The position numbers and the translations under genes were made by a program. Shown here one piece after another: positions 13,585 through 25,800 of a stretch of 64,000 nt of DNA. Within the stretch, counting starts at the first letter, position 1, and every line of letters begins with the position of its first letter. The DNA comes from Microthyrium microscopicum (lineage: Eukaryota): contig MU004232.1 of the NCBI GenBank assembly GCA_010405405.1, positions 949,481-1,013,480 of the forward strand. Reading direction: 5' to 3'. Under the pieces are notes generated by a model, which saw nothing but the letters and a program-made list of their open reading frames with translations, was not told the origin of the DNA and did not search any database.

Positions 13585-14308
13585 TGTGGAAATGGTGGTG
13601 TGGAGAAGGCTGGAGAAGGAGGTTGTGGTGTCGATGAAGTGTGGGACGGATTCTTGAGGATAGTGAGCCAAGAGATGTGTATTGTGTTTACTTCAGTGGA
13701 ACGAGGAAATTGAAGCTCGCAAGCTCTGGAAACAAGATACTCTGATGTTGTCGTGTCGGAGAAAACTCGGTCAACTTTTTTAACATGGCGGCGACCAACG
13801 AGGCAACGCAAGCTCGGAACAGTTTGTACAAACGAAAATCAATAATTATCCACGGACTGTTTGTTATGATAAATCAGCCTTAAACACGACACTTCAAACA
13901 GACTCTTGTGGTGATGGTTCTCGGAGCACAGAGTATAGCAGCTTCAGAACATCACCAGCATCACTAATCGAGAATGTAATATTGGAAATCACATGAACAT
14001 TGATAAAACCAAGGGACTCATAATAACTACACAAAAGGGAAAAGACACGTCAAACCAGGCAACCACTGTGAGCAATCCGATGAACACCTAGTCAAAAGTG
14101 TAGCATTTCCTATTCTTCCTCCCCACGAGTGTACGATTAGGACAAGACCAACGCATCGCATAGTGGGATATTCCCAGCCATCCTTGATGTTTAAGCATTC
14201 GACGACAGGTTCCTAACCATTCAAGCCAATACCACCAAAGATCGCAAGTCTCTCGTCCACGGCGGAAGGATCGGAGGAATAGTGTAGCCTAGTAGATCGA
14301 TAGGGTAT

Positions 14309-14840
<532 letters not shown>

Positions 14841-15538
14841 TCAGGGTCGGCTCAGCTAGAGCAATAGAGGATAGATGGAAGTTTGTGGTTTGGAGTAGGA
14901 GAGAGATGGAGATGGAGAGAAGTTGATGAAGTATGCAGTAGTAGTAGAAGGTAGAGTAAGTGGTAGCTGGAAGGCGGAGGAAGTGAAAGGAGGAAAGGTC
15001 TATGTAAGGTGGCGGGGTAGACTTTGGTAGTGTGGGCAGGGCAGTCAACCACTCACAGGCTCACTTTGGGCAAGAGCTGTGCAGGCAGCAATTTAGTTGG
15101 CGGTGCGTAAGCGGTGAGCTTCAGGGAAGAACCAGACTTGCTCACACCTAAAACACCAAGTGAGCCGCTCAAATATCCAGAGGTCAACTGGTCAAGATGT
15201 CTCCCAGTGTTAAATTCTCAGCCTTGTAGTAACGGGTTCCTGACTGCTGTCCTAAGATGCTTGTGTTTGGTTGGCAAAGTTTGGGCGGCTTTGTGTCAGG
15301 CGTGAACAAGAAGACAACGACTTTAAATAATGCCTGGTACCGAGTGAATAAGGGCATAGCCTACACGACTAATTCTTCAATAATACCACACCGCATTTCT
15401 TTGACTTGTCTTCATTGTTCACTATGTGATCGTGACTGACCGGCCTCTTCCACTGCTGACTCTGGCCATGTACCTGTGACTCTGTTTTCAGGCCTATGGT
15501 GGCCACCATCTGATGGCGTCATGACTGACACTCAATAA

Positions 15539-15839
15539 TGAGTCAACATTGTTTTCACTGACAAAGCCGCAAAATAACAAACCTCAACGCCCAATATACT
15601 GGTCAAGCATCGAGTGTAGTTGTAACAAAGCGGATCCTCTCGCCTCGCGGTCTAGGAAATGTACATATCCAAGCTAGTCTGCAACTGGCCTAGCGTTAAT
15701 CTACATATCCCTGTCATTATCCCATCAAAAGTCTGAAGTTCGGCAATGAGCATCATCATATATCGGAGCTTTTCATAATTTCATACATGTCACCATTTCC
15801 AGATTCTTTACGCTGACTGTCTCATATGTGATTGACTCA
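15539..15839. promoter_or_regulatory. Two perfect Gcn4/CpcA (AP-1-like) TGASTCA sites in the divergent ATG8-HEM13 promoter
   Basis: TGAGTCA at 15539-15545 and TGACTCA at 15833-15839; function is inferred from motif only. Confidence 0.4.
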
Positions 15840-15901
15840 ATTGTTTTCTCGCGCCCCTGCGCACGCACTCATCCGCTTTCTGTCACCGCACGATACCAAC
15901 C

Positions 15902-17249
15902 ATGCCGCCACGAACACTCCATTCAGTAGTGCCTACGAGGCTTAGACTCCTCCCACACGCTCAATGCGTTTCTAGAAGCAGCGTTCTAGGCCGTATAGCT
16001 CGTCGACAATCTACTCAATCAAAGCCAGCTTCAACCCAGTCCCACAAGCCAGAGATACCCATACCTCCACCAGGATGGATACCTCCGCGAAGACCACCGG
16101 TTGAGGCAAGCTTTCCAAAAGTTCGGGTCGCTCTTGGAGTCGTAGTAATTGGCTACGCAATATATGTCTTTGTAAGCAGCACTCAAGCACAACCGTTAAC
16201 TATAGTCTAACGATCTCCAGGCCTTTGAGAACCCACAAAAACCAGTCCAAGCAGACAGCCCAACACTAGCAGCCAGAGATGAACTCACGAAGCGCGAGTC
16301 GGGTATAACCCAAAACTCACCTATGCGCCTCCGCATGGAACAATTTGTCAAAGCAAACCAAAAGCAAATCGTCAAAGCCATCGAAGAACTAGACGGCAAA
16401 CAATTTCTCGTAGACGAGTGGGCACGCTCGACAGGAGGAGGAGGAATATCGTGCGTCCTCCAAGACGGTAATGTCTTTGAAAAGGCTGGCGTAAACGTCT
16501 CTGTAGTCTACGGCAAACTACCCAGACCTGCTATACAGCGCATGAGAGCAGATCATAAAGCGCTCGATCCAGATGTTGAGAGTTTGGATTATTTTGCTGC
16601 TGGACTGAGTATTGTTATGCATCCGAAGAATCCTCTTGCGCCAACAGTACATCTCAACTATCGATACTTTGAGACTGCGAATGAGGATGGGAGTTCGAAT
16701 GCGTGGTGGTTTGGCGGTGGAAGTGATCTGACGCCTTGCTATTTATTTGATGAGGATGCCATACAATTCCACAAGGGCCTGAAGGAAGCTTGCGAGAAAC
16801 ATGACAAGTCTTACTATCCACGTTTCAAGAAATGGTGCGATGACTACTTCTTCAACACGCATCGTGGCGAACGCCGTGGTATTGGTGGTATTTTCTTTGA
16901 TGACCTTGACGAAGGCGAGAACGATCAGGAGCAGCTCTTCGCCTTCGTTAAAGACTGTCTAGGTTCTTTTCTACCAGCATATCTCCCTATCATGCAGCGA
17001 AGAAAGGATTTGCCGTATACAGAGCAAGAGAAAGAGTGGCAGCAGATTCGAAGGGGGAGATATGTGGAGTTCAATCTCGTACATGATCGAGGAACGTCGT
17101 TTGGTCTGGCTTCACCTAATGCGAGGGTTGAAAGTATTTTGATGAGTCTCCCGCTGACTGCGAGATGGCAGTATATGCATTTGCCGCCGAAGGGATCGAG
17201 AGAAGAACGTATGCTTGACGTTTTGAGGAGTCCAAGGGAATGGATCTGA
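15902..17249 (+). CDS. HEM13: Oxygen-dependent coproporphyrinogen III oxidase with N-terminal presequence and TM segment
   Basis: Exon 15902-16171 and intron 16172-16220 join in frame to ORF 16323..17249; motifs FEKAGVN, HPKNP, HLNYRYFE, WWFGGG, RRGRYVEFNL. Confidence 0.96.
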
Positions 17250-17693
17250 AATGTATAGTATTGTCAAGTATATCAAAACGCATAGAAACTTCCACTCGAT
17301 ACAATCAAGCGTCTGTCCTCATCGTTCTTTGCGCTTCTACTCTCCTGCTCGCTTTGCCAATTCGTAGAGTATTCGAGATGGACATACTTTGAGTCGAGGC
17401 TCACCACAAATGCGGGCTCAGACAGGCATATCACTATCCAGTCCAGAAAGACCACAGACATGGTCGTGTTTGCGGCTAATATCACTTCTGGCACTATACA
17501 TTTGACAGGAATAGGGCCAGAGTACATGGCGTGGGCAGCGGATCTACACGTAATAATATACACCTACACAGGCCTCTTTAATTACATATATTGTATTTAT
17601 AGAGGGCATAAAATTACTAGCTCCATATACTTCTTTCCACAAACTAACACTACAATGTCTTGACGATAGCACCATTCCAACCGAACAGTCAAC

Positions 17694-19491
17694 ATGCTCT
17701 GGTTCTTACCTCTGCTTCTGTGCTCGGTGGCCAGATCGGACGAGGCACGTCTTTCCTTGAAGAGTCTCGCCGATCAGCCGACAGTAACCATATCCAACGG
17801 CACCATCGCCGGAAAATATCTGTCGCAATGGAAACAAGACGCCTTTCTTGGAATACCATACGCCCAACCACCAATTGGTAATTTGCGATTCCGACATCCA
17901 AAACCACTGGATAAGAAATGGGATACACCTTTTCAAGCAACCAAGTTCGGGAAAACGTGTCAGCAGTATGGATCTAGAACGGACCTGAGTGAAGACTGCT
18001 TGGTGCTGAACGGTTAGACTCCTCCCATCCATCCTTCTATATGAGAGACGAGTGGCAGCTAAAGGTGTTTACTTAGTATTCCGCCCATCTCAAGTTCCAC
18101 CCACCGCAAAACTCCCAGTCTTCGTAATGTAAGCCAACCCCTCTATCCCAATAACACAATGCCTAACAACCCCAGCATATACGGCGGCGGTTTCACATCT
18201 GGCTCCTCCGCCGAAGATGGCTACAACCCAGCCGCGCTCATCGCCCACGCGACTTCCCTCTCCCAGCCCTTCATCGCCGTCTCCATGAACTACCGGCTCG
18301 GAGTCTGGGGATTCCTGAGCACGCCCGAGATTCTGAAAGAAGGAAGTACGAACGCTGGTCTTATGGATCAGCGGCTAGCTTTCCAGTGGGTGCAAGAGAA
18401 CATCGGGGCCTTCGGAGGTGATGCGAAACGAGTCACGATTTGGGGGGTTAGTGCTGGTGCGCAGAGTATTGGTTTGCATTTACATAGCTTTGGTGGTAAA
18501 GACGAGGGGTTGTATCAGGGGGCGATTATGGAGAGTGGTGGGCCGGTGGGCACGGCGTTGCAGGAGATGGGGTATTATAAGGGGGAGTTTGATAGATTGG
18601 TGAAGGAGCATGGGTGTGATGGGAAGGAGGATAGGTTGGCTTGTTTGAGGGGAGTGTCAGAGAGCAAGTTTTATGAGAAGAAGGGGAAGGTTGTGTGGAA
18701 TCCTATTGTTGGTAAGTCAAATTGGCAAGCAGATAGAGCACGATATTGACAGCGAGATAGATGGGAATGTTCTCACTGACTGGCCTTCCGAGATGGCAAA
18801 GAGGGGAGAGTTCGTCAAAATACCACTGATCACTGGAGCCAATACCGATGAGGGCAGCAACTTTAGCAATCGTAAGGCGAAATCTGACGAGGAGATTTCG
18901 ACCTGGCTGAAGACATGGCGGGATTATACACTTACTTCGGCTTCGATCAAGAAAATCGTGAGCCTCTATGAGAACTACGACTGGCCGCCTTACTCGGCGC
19001 CCAAGAGCAAACAGTACCCAAATACAGGCGCCCGATGGCGTAAGTCAGGGGCCATTGGAGGCGATATAGTTATGATGGCCCAACGACGAAAGGTCGCGGA
19101 ACAATATACAAAAGCAGGCCAAAATGCCTGGAGTTTCCGCTTCGATGCATCTCCGTGGAATTCGCCGGAAGCCGGAAGTGTCAGACATGGAGATGAGGTT
19201 GACTATGTGTTCCAGAATATCTCAGGGAAGTTGGGACCGGCAGCGAAGTATCAGAGTCACCATGTAGTAGCAGAGAGCATTGGAACGTACTACGTGAACT
19301 TTATCAACAAGTTTGATCCAAATCCGACAGCTGATGCGAAGGGATCTCTGGTGGTGCCGAAATGGCCATCATATAAAGAAGAGGCGGTGAATATGGTTTT
19401 CAATGCCACAAAAGTCCATACTGAGAAAGATGATTGGAGAGCGGAGGGGATCTCGTTCATAAACAGTATAACCCGACAGTTGCTTGCGTAG
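17694..19491 (+). CDS. Secreted type-B carboxylesterase/lipase
   Basis: Signal peptide; FLGIPYAQPP, SEDCL, YGGGF oxyanion hole, GVSAG nucleophile elbow, NTDEG acid, HGDE His; three introns. Confidence 0.92.
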
Positions 19492-19528
19492 AAGCAGATA
19501 TAGTACAAAGATCAACCCATCAATTTTC

Positions 19529-20452
19529 TCATACAACTCCTCTTAGCAAGTCCTGTATTATCTTCCCGTGTTTGACAGTCTCTGACACAATTCCCTCGAT
19601 ATGTCGAGGCTCAACTCTTCCGTACCAGACTGCCTTTCCAGCAAGTGGGTGGGACTTGAACTGCTCGGTGTTTGGAATGTTGATGATGACATTTCCCGCA
19701 AAGACATGTCCGCCAATATGGCTGACAAGTCCAACCCGACATGAAGCATCTGTGGTACTTGTCGGCGAGCTCTCGATCTGGGAGCTTCCTGATACACTGT
19801 AGCCTCCCATTGCCATCTTTTCTTTGAGCTCCTCCTGTAGAAGCGGCCCCATGATACCACATCTCTTATCACGCTCCGTGTGACCACAGATCATGATAAC
19901 GACATCTGAGATTTCTTCAATCTCAATTTTTCCCTGGAATTGGTCCACAAGACTTTGACGTCCCACATCCGGAGAAGAAAGCAACGAAATCAACAATTTA
20001 GTCTGCTCCACCGGCACCTTAAGATCCAAACCAGTCTTCAACAACGAGATGGACACTTTGCCTTTATTCTTGAGTACCGGGAATGAAGAGTTTGTAACAA
20101 GTACATTTCGCGGCTTCCCTCCATCCGCGAAACTTTTGATGCTTTCTTCCCGTATCGCAGCCTTCATATCAGCCGCATACTGAAAGCGTTCGTCGTCTTC
20201 GATTTTACTTGGCCAGTCGTGAGTTCCAGTATTGATAAGTAGATGTTCGTGGTAAGGTGCAATGGAACCGAACAGAGCGCGCTTGTGGTCGATGTCGAGG
20301 TCCGCTGGCATGGGCGCACAGCTACAAGTTGAAGGTGGACATGTTTGGATGACTGGATATGGTACGCTGGTAGACAAAGGCGAGCGTTGAATTGTAATTT
20401 GCGGCGCCTTCTTCCATGCTCTCGATGTCCGGAGAAAGATAGATGTCCTCAT
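19529..20452 (-). CDS. AIM32: Sucrase/ferredoxin-like (thioredoxin-fold 2Fe-2S) protein, Aim32/Apd1 family
   Basis: First ATG at 20452; ICGH-x-x-RDKRCG and SHIGGH ligands, WYGRV motif, presequence-like N-terminus. AIM32 versus APD1 orthology is not certain. Confidence 0.8.
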   Translation of the reverse strand: MRTSIFLRTSRAWKKAPQITIQRSPLSTSVPYPVIQTCPPSTCSCAPMPADLDIDHKRALFGSIAPYHEHLLINTGTHDWPSKIEDDERFQYAADMKAAIREESIKSFADGGKPRNVLVTNSSFPVLKNKGKVSISLLKTGLDLKVPVEQTKLLISLLSSPDVGRQSLVDQFQGKIEIEEISDVVIMICGHTERDKRCGIMGPLLQEELKEKMAMGGYSVSGSSQIESSPTSTTDASCRVGLVSHIGGHVFAGNVIINIPNTEQFKSHPLAGKAVWYGRVEPRHIEGIVSETVKHGKIIQDLLRGVV

Positions 20453-20971
20453 GTTGTTGAAGGCACGCTGAGGCGCATACAAACGCGTCAAACGGCAAAG
20501 GTCGGAAACATTGAGCCAGTGTTTTTGAGCTTAGATCATGGGTAGTGAAAGGCCCGGATTTTATTGACAAAGGAGGTCGTGGTTCTAGTTCTGATGGTTT
20601 CATGAAGTTGATGGAGGTCGCACGGGAAGTGGCGGATGTTGCTTTTTAAATTGGAAGTAGAAAAGTACTCCATTACGAAAAGAAATACTCTACGAGCGTG
20701 AAGATTTAGCAATTCGACTTGATAAGACTAGTGCCCTACCAGTACAGGTGATTCTATTTACAAATAATAATAATTATCAGCCTTCAGTTTGTGTTGCGAT
20801 AATAGTCGCTGGCGTCAACAATGGCACTAGTAAACCTCAATCATGTTATTGATTCATGAAGATGGAAGAATAAAGGATCAATTTCTAGGCCTAAAAATGC
20901 CTTGATAACGCTTCAATACTGGACATGACGACTAACGCCCTTGCTATGCCATGCCAAAAAAACATAATACG

Positions 20972-23251
20972 TTATTCATCACGGAACATCCATCTACCAC
21001 CGCCCCTCAAAGCATCTTCATATCTCTCCCGAACGATGTTTTCATCCATCAGCTGTGCTTCCTTGTTCAGATCCTGGATCTTCTGTGTGCTAGGGAAACT
21101 CATATCCCAGAAGCCAGGGGGGGTCATGCGTCGCGTATCTTCAGTACGATGTTTTCCGTACCGCTCCGCCGTCAATTTAGTTCTAGCATCAAGAAGGATC
21201 TTGTCACGTTCTTCCTGGTCCAGCATCTGAACCTCCCGCCTATCCCACTGCTGTCCAAGAAACCATTTCATCAGATATTCATCATCTGAAAGATCGGCAT
21301 CCTCTGGAGAATTTGGAAATGGCGGCCGCTGTAATGTGGGTTTGATGAGACCGGCCTGTTCTCTCATTGCTGGGCCACAGCAGCGAGCATCGGTACAGCC
21401 AGGAAGACAACTGCGTTGATACGGGGTGGCGAGTTTGCTGTGGTCAACATGTCTGTTCAATCTGAAGTCACCAAGCTGTAGCATGGCCAATGGCTTGTCT
21501 CTTAGTCGACTTTCGTTGTTCCGCGTTTGACGAGTTTCTAAAGCAGGATCAATATTTTCTTTGCCTCGACGAGGTGTATCTAGCCACGTGCTTGGCTTTT
21601 CGATCCCAACTTTTGTTTGGACTTTGTGGCCGCGCTGAGCATGGTTTCCTTGATACTCAGGCGCAGCGAAGAGGCGGGTGTTTTGGCCATTGGTTAGACG
21701 TTTTGGCTTTGCTTGATATCCATATTTGTTAGGGGCAGCCTTTATGGTTGCAGGTAGCGGAGCCTTGGGCTCGGCAGATCGAACCGCTGGTTCTTTACGT
21801 GTGGCCCGACTTTGAAGTGGACGTAACGCGCGTGGTGTTGGCTCAAGATTTTGTGGCTCGTGACCTTCACTTATAGATCGCTCATGCCTCAAAGGTCGGC
21901 CCTGTTGTCGAGGTTGATCGGTAGCCATAAAAACCTGCTGTGCTGCCTTGCGTTTGCGTGGAGTCATAGTAGAACGATTGACTTCATCTAGATCTAGAGT
22001 GTCCTTTCGACCTAGTACATGCGCATTGTCGACGAAACTTGATGGCTCTTGCTTAACGCGGACGCCAGGGTCCGATTCTCGCACTCCTTTACGGCGTTTC
22101 GTCGGGCGCTCTGATACAAAGACGAGATCTGATGATGAGCCTGACGACACAGGTGGGGGCATTGTCTGGGCTGCCTTACCAGCACTATCGATAAGATTCT
22201 CAGTAGCATTCGGAATGGCGACTTTGAGCACGCTCGAGCTTGCAAGTTGATCATCTTTGGAGGGCTTGTTCCGATGTATTTCGACACTTGTGTCCCCTAC
22301 TCGTGACTCGGAGCCTATCGCCGTCTCAGATGATGGATCGTTGGTGCGTGGAGGAAAGTTTGCTGGGGATACTCTGCTTTCTGGTACTGAGGGATCCGCC
22401 ACATTAAGTATTGGCGATCCTTCTCGTGCATCACCCAGCAGTTCTTGCGTTCGGCTGACTAGTACTTGAGTATTCTTGCTGCGAGCTGATTGATCTTGGA
22501 GCATATCATCTTCAGGAAGATCGTCCATAGCAAAATCAACAGGACCAGACTCTGGCAGGTCATGATTTTGTTGAAAGATGGCCTCGAAGGACTCGATTCC
22601 CGGCGACGGGGCGCGTGGTGTTTCAATCAGAGAAGAACGAGGAGTACCTCTGGGAGTCGTGGTAGGTCCATCTGCATTGAGTAATTTGCCAGGTTTCGAG
22701 TGCTTGTCTTTGGAATGTTTTGCAACCCATCGCTCGTGATAGTCAATCCATTCTCGAGCTGTCGTTTTGGCGGCTCTTAGTTTAGCCATCAGATAAACTC
22801 GAGCTGAAGCTTCCAGTTTGTTTCTTTCAATGGAGTCACTCAACTCGGCTTGCAAAATACTTGCTTTCTCACAGACTGCAAGATATTCCGAGTGGCTCAC
22901 TGTTTTCTGATGCTCGGCTGCCCGATTCTCACTTGCGCTTCCAACATTGCGAGTCGAATTGTCAAGTAATGAGGTGAGGCACTTGGAAACGGCATTATGT
23001 TGACTTCTGACTCCCGCTAGACATGTGTTCAGCTCGAGAACCTTGGCTTCGAGGCTCTGTATGCGATCTTTCTCTATACGCCAGTCAGAACAATGCAGAA
23101 CCATAACCGATTTGAAATTACCATCTGTAAATTGTTGTCTTTGCTTCCCTAGTGCCTCTGTCACAGCTTTGGTGATCTGTTGATTAATGCCATCAACAAC
23201 TGCTTGGGCTAGCGCGGCATCATTCTCCGACTCTTGATGTAGTCCCGCCAT
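20972..23251 (-). CDS. SAE2: DNA end-resection factor Sae2/Ctp1/CtIP
   Basis: N-terminal coiled coil; C-terminal CLPGC...CC, YGKHR and TPPGFWDMSFPSTQ conserved CtIP motifs; first ATG 23251; likely in-frame intron 23074-23121. Confidence 0.9.
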   Translation of the reverse strand: MAGLHQESENDAALAQAVVDGINQQITKAVTEALGKQRQQFTDGNFKSVMVLHCSDWRIEKDRIQSLEAKVLELNTCLAGVRSQHNAVSKCLTSLLDNSTRNVGSASENRAAEHQKTVSHSEYLAVCEKASILQAELSDSIERNKLEASARVYLMAKLRAAKTTAREWIDYHERWVAKHSKDKHSKPGKLLNADGPTTTPRGTPRSSLIETPRAPSPGIESFEAIFQQNHDLPESGPVDFAMDDLPEDDMLQDQSARSKNTQVLVSRTQELLGDAREGSPILNVADPSVPESRVSPANFPPRTNDPSSETAIGSESRVGDTSVEIHRNKPSKDDQLASSSVLKVAIPNATENLIDSAGKAAQTMPPPVSSGSSSDLVFVSERPTKRRKGVRESDPGVRVKQEPSSFVDNAHVLGRKDTLDLDEVNRSTMTPRKRKAAQQVFMATDQPRQQGRPLRHERSISEGHEPQNLEPTPRALRPLQSRATRKEPAVRSAEPKAPLPATIKAAPNKYGYQAKPKRLTNGQNTRLFAAPEYQGNHAQRGHKVQTKVGIEKPSTWLDTPRRGKENIDPALETRQTRNNESRLRDKPLAMLQLGDFRLNRHVDHSKLATPYQRSCLPGCTDARCCGPAMREQAGLIKPTLQRPPFPNSPEDADLSDDEYLMKWFLGQQWDRREVQMLDQEERDKILLDARTKLTAERYGKHRTEDTRRMTPPGFWDMSFPSTQKIQDLNKEAQLMDENIVRERYEDALRGGGRWMFRDE

Positions 23252-23592
23252 CTTCAGATACGCTCTGCTGATACCGTGGATACGTCGCAAGTCACATATC
23301 CATTGAAGATTCTGATGTTTTGCAATATATCCCAGTTGCAAGGCGAAAAATATCTGTTGAGTGAAAGTTATTTCTGTGATCCCGTCACAACTGCCAGCTG
23401 ATTATTTTTTTATAACGACGCTGAGACCAGGCGATGGGTTCGACAGTGCAAAATTATCTGAAATGAGGTTCGAGTGTTAGAGATGAGTTGGATGGGATCA
23501 TGGGTGGGAGCGAAGTGGTGATGTTTAGAATCTGGAGTTCTGCAAGTGCTCTGAGTGCTCAAGGTGCTCCAAGTCCGAGGTAGCCTAAAGCC

Positions 23593-23640
23593 ACGCGACG
23601 GCGGCACCGCGTTTGGGAGACCGAAACGCGCAATCACGTG
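23593..23640. promoter_or_regulatory. Cluster of MCB-like ACGCG cores plus an E-box in the divergent SAE2/F-box promoter
   Basis: ACGCGA 23593-23598, CGCGT 23608-23612, AAACGCG 23624-23630, CACGTG 23635-23640. Confidence 0.5.
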
Positions 23641-23795
23641 CCTCAAATCCAGTTAGCGCTAGTGGATTGCTCACTGCTGTCATTTGATATTGCCCGCTCT
23701 CATTGACAAGACATGTCCATATATTCTTTGCTGGTTCTGACCAAGTCATGCACCATCCGCGTTAACCATACGAGCCGCATGCTCATTCCGCCAAA

Positions 23796-25407
23796 ATGAC
23801 CAAACGCAAAGTCCGCGAGGCTGTTTTGGAGTCGAGGGTGACGAAAAGGTCGAAGAATGGGGAACAGCGAATCGACCAGCTATCTCGCCTGTCAGATGAA
23901 TTGATTCTGAGAGTCTTCTCATACTTGACGACCACGGAACTCAACACTTGCCAACGGTATGTCAATTTTCCCGTTCTTCATGTCTAATTCTGACTGTCTC
24001 AGGTTGTCTAGGAAATATTGCGACATAGCCGAGGATTCCCAACTGTGGAAGGCAGCATATTATGCGCATTTCGTTTTGCCCCGAGCGCTCCGTGTACCCG
24101 GGTACAAATATTCCTTGAACGAGACGAATGCGAATTCTTGGAAATCACAAAACTGGCTTGGTGATGAGATCCTGCGTGAACCGGGAAAGATCAAGAACTG
24201 GAAGCAACAATTTATATTACGCCACAACTGGTCAATGGGACAATGTAAAGTTAGTGAACTCAACATTGATAAAGAGCGGCCACTGCCACCGTTACTCGTT
24301 CGGTTTCATGACGGAATCGTGTATACAGCAGATCAAGAATCTGGGCTTCGAGCATGGAGCTCAAGAAAAGAGCAAAGGTTTCTTGCTAGCAAGGCTTTCA
24401 TCGGACTTGAACCACCTACTGCCTTTGCTGTTGACACGAACTCGCCCAAGGACGATCATCGAATAACGGTTGGACACAGGGACGGGGCGTTCATTATATA
24501 CTCGTTCTCCAAAGAAACCCGAACATTTCAAAAAATTTACACCCATCCCGCCTCTTCAAACGGCATGATCGCTGCTATAGCGCACTGTTCACCTTTCCTG
24601 GTAACTATGACAGCTTCTCAACTTGTCTCGGTGTACAAACTTTCAGATGAAAGTGGCGGCTTAGTGAAATCGCCACTCTTACTTCATTCTCTCAGGTCAC
24701 AGACGATATGGCCTCCGCTATCGATTGCATTGCGGCCATTGTCAAACTCATATATTGTTTCAATTACATATGTAATTCCAACAATCCTTACTTGGGCTGT
24801 AGGTGTGCAAGAAATACACCTAGATGCACAAGGCGAAATACGACAATCTCGAGTTGCGTCTTCTGCCTATACTGGCCATGGGTGGGGATCAAGACTGCCA
24901 GACACATCAATATCGACCTCGAGGCTGAGATGGCCTTCCTCCATGCCCTTCACGGCGGCTGCGCCGGCATTCTCGAAGCCAACTTCGATTTCGTATTCCC
25001 ATCCTTATCTTCTACTATCTCATCCGGACAATACACTCACATTGTTTATGGTGAACTCGAACGCCGATACCCTCTCCATCGGCAAAGGAACTCGTCTCTG
25101 GGGGCATACTAGCTCAGTCTCCGGTGCACAAGTTGAGAGTAAAGGCAAGGCGGTCTCAATAAGTGCTAAAGGAGAGGAGCTTCGCATTTGGCAATTAGAA
25201 GGCACGTCTGGTAAGCGATATCTCCTACCCTCGAATGCGAGTGTAGAAGTCAAACCAGCGCGGAGAAAAGCCTCTCAAAGTACCAAGAAGGAGAAAGATG
25301 ATGACGGGATCATGAGAGGATGGGTCGCATTTGATGAAGAGAATGTTGTTGCTCTCAAAGAAAGAACTTTTGGGCGACAGGATCTTGTTATATACGACTT
25401 TACGTAG
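23796..25407 (+). CDS. F-box protein with WD40-like C-terminal propeller
   Basis: LSRLSDELILRVFSYL F-box; intron 23957-24002; NWKQQFILRHNW, LWGHTSSVSG, ELRIWQLE. Confidence 0.85.
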
Positions 25408-25689
25408 ATTATGCCGTCAAGGACCAACATGTTTTAGCATTTTAATAAACCAGTCCTTGAAATGTCAGAAACAAAATGTTATTATGCTATGATCATTTGG
25501 CAAGCTTGGGATATTGTGAAGCATGTCGACTCGCTTGAGCCTAACATGAGAGGAGCTGTCTCGCGGTTGCTAATTGTGCTAAACAACCCGAACATTCTTT
25601 GCGATGCAATAGAGTTTTCATGAGGACAAGTTAGAGGAAAAGTATCAACAAACTTCAATTAAAACAATTAAGGTTGTTGAAGTTGCGGC

Positions 25690-25722
25690 GACGCGCTGGC
25701 CAACTGAAGATTCGGAACGCGT
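25690..25722. promoter_or_regulatory. MCB elements upstream of ORC5
   Basis: GACGCG at 25690-25695 and perfect ACGCGT at 25717-25722, about 80-110 bp before the ATG of a replication gene. Confidence 0.55.
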
Positions 25723-25800
25723 CTGGGATCGGACCTTGAACCTTCTCGTCCTCCTTCAACCACTGTTGAGCAATCAATCCCATCACCCACTTCATCAACA

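Noticed and set aside
18170..18712. Sharp switch from C-rich to G-rich third positions within genes (also in the DAO, FAR11 and GFO genes)
   Set aside because: It recurs in several ordinary genes in the window, so it looks like a genome-wide compositional trait rather than a local element.
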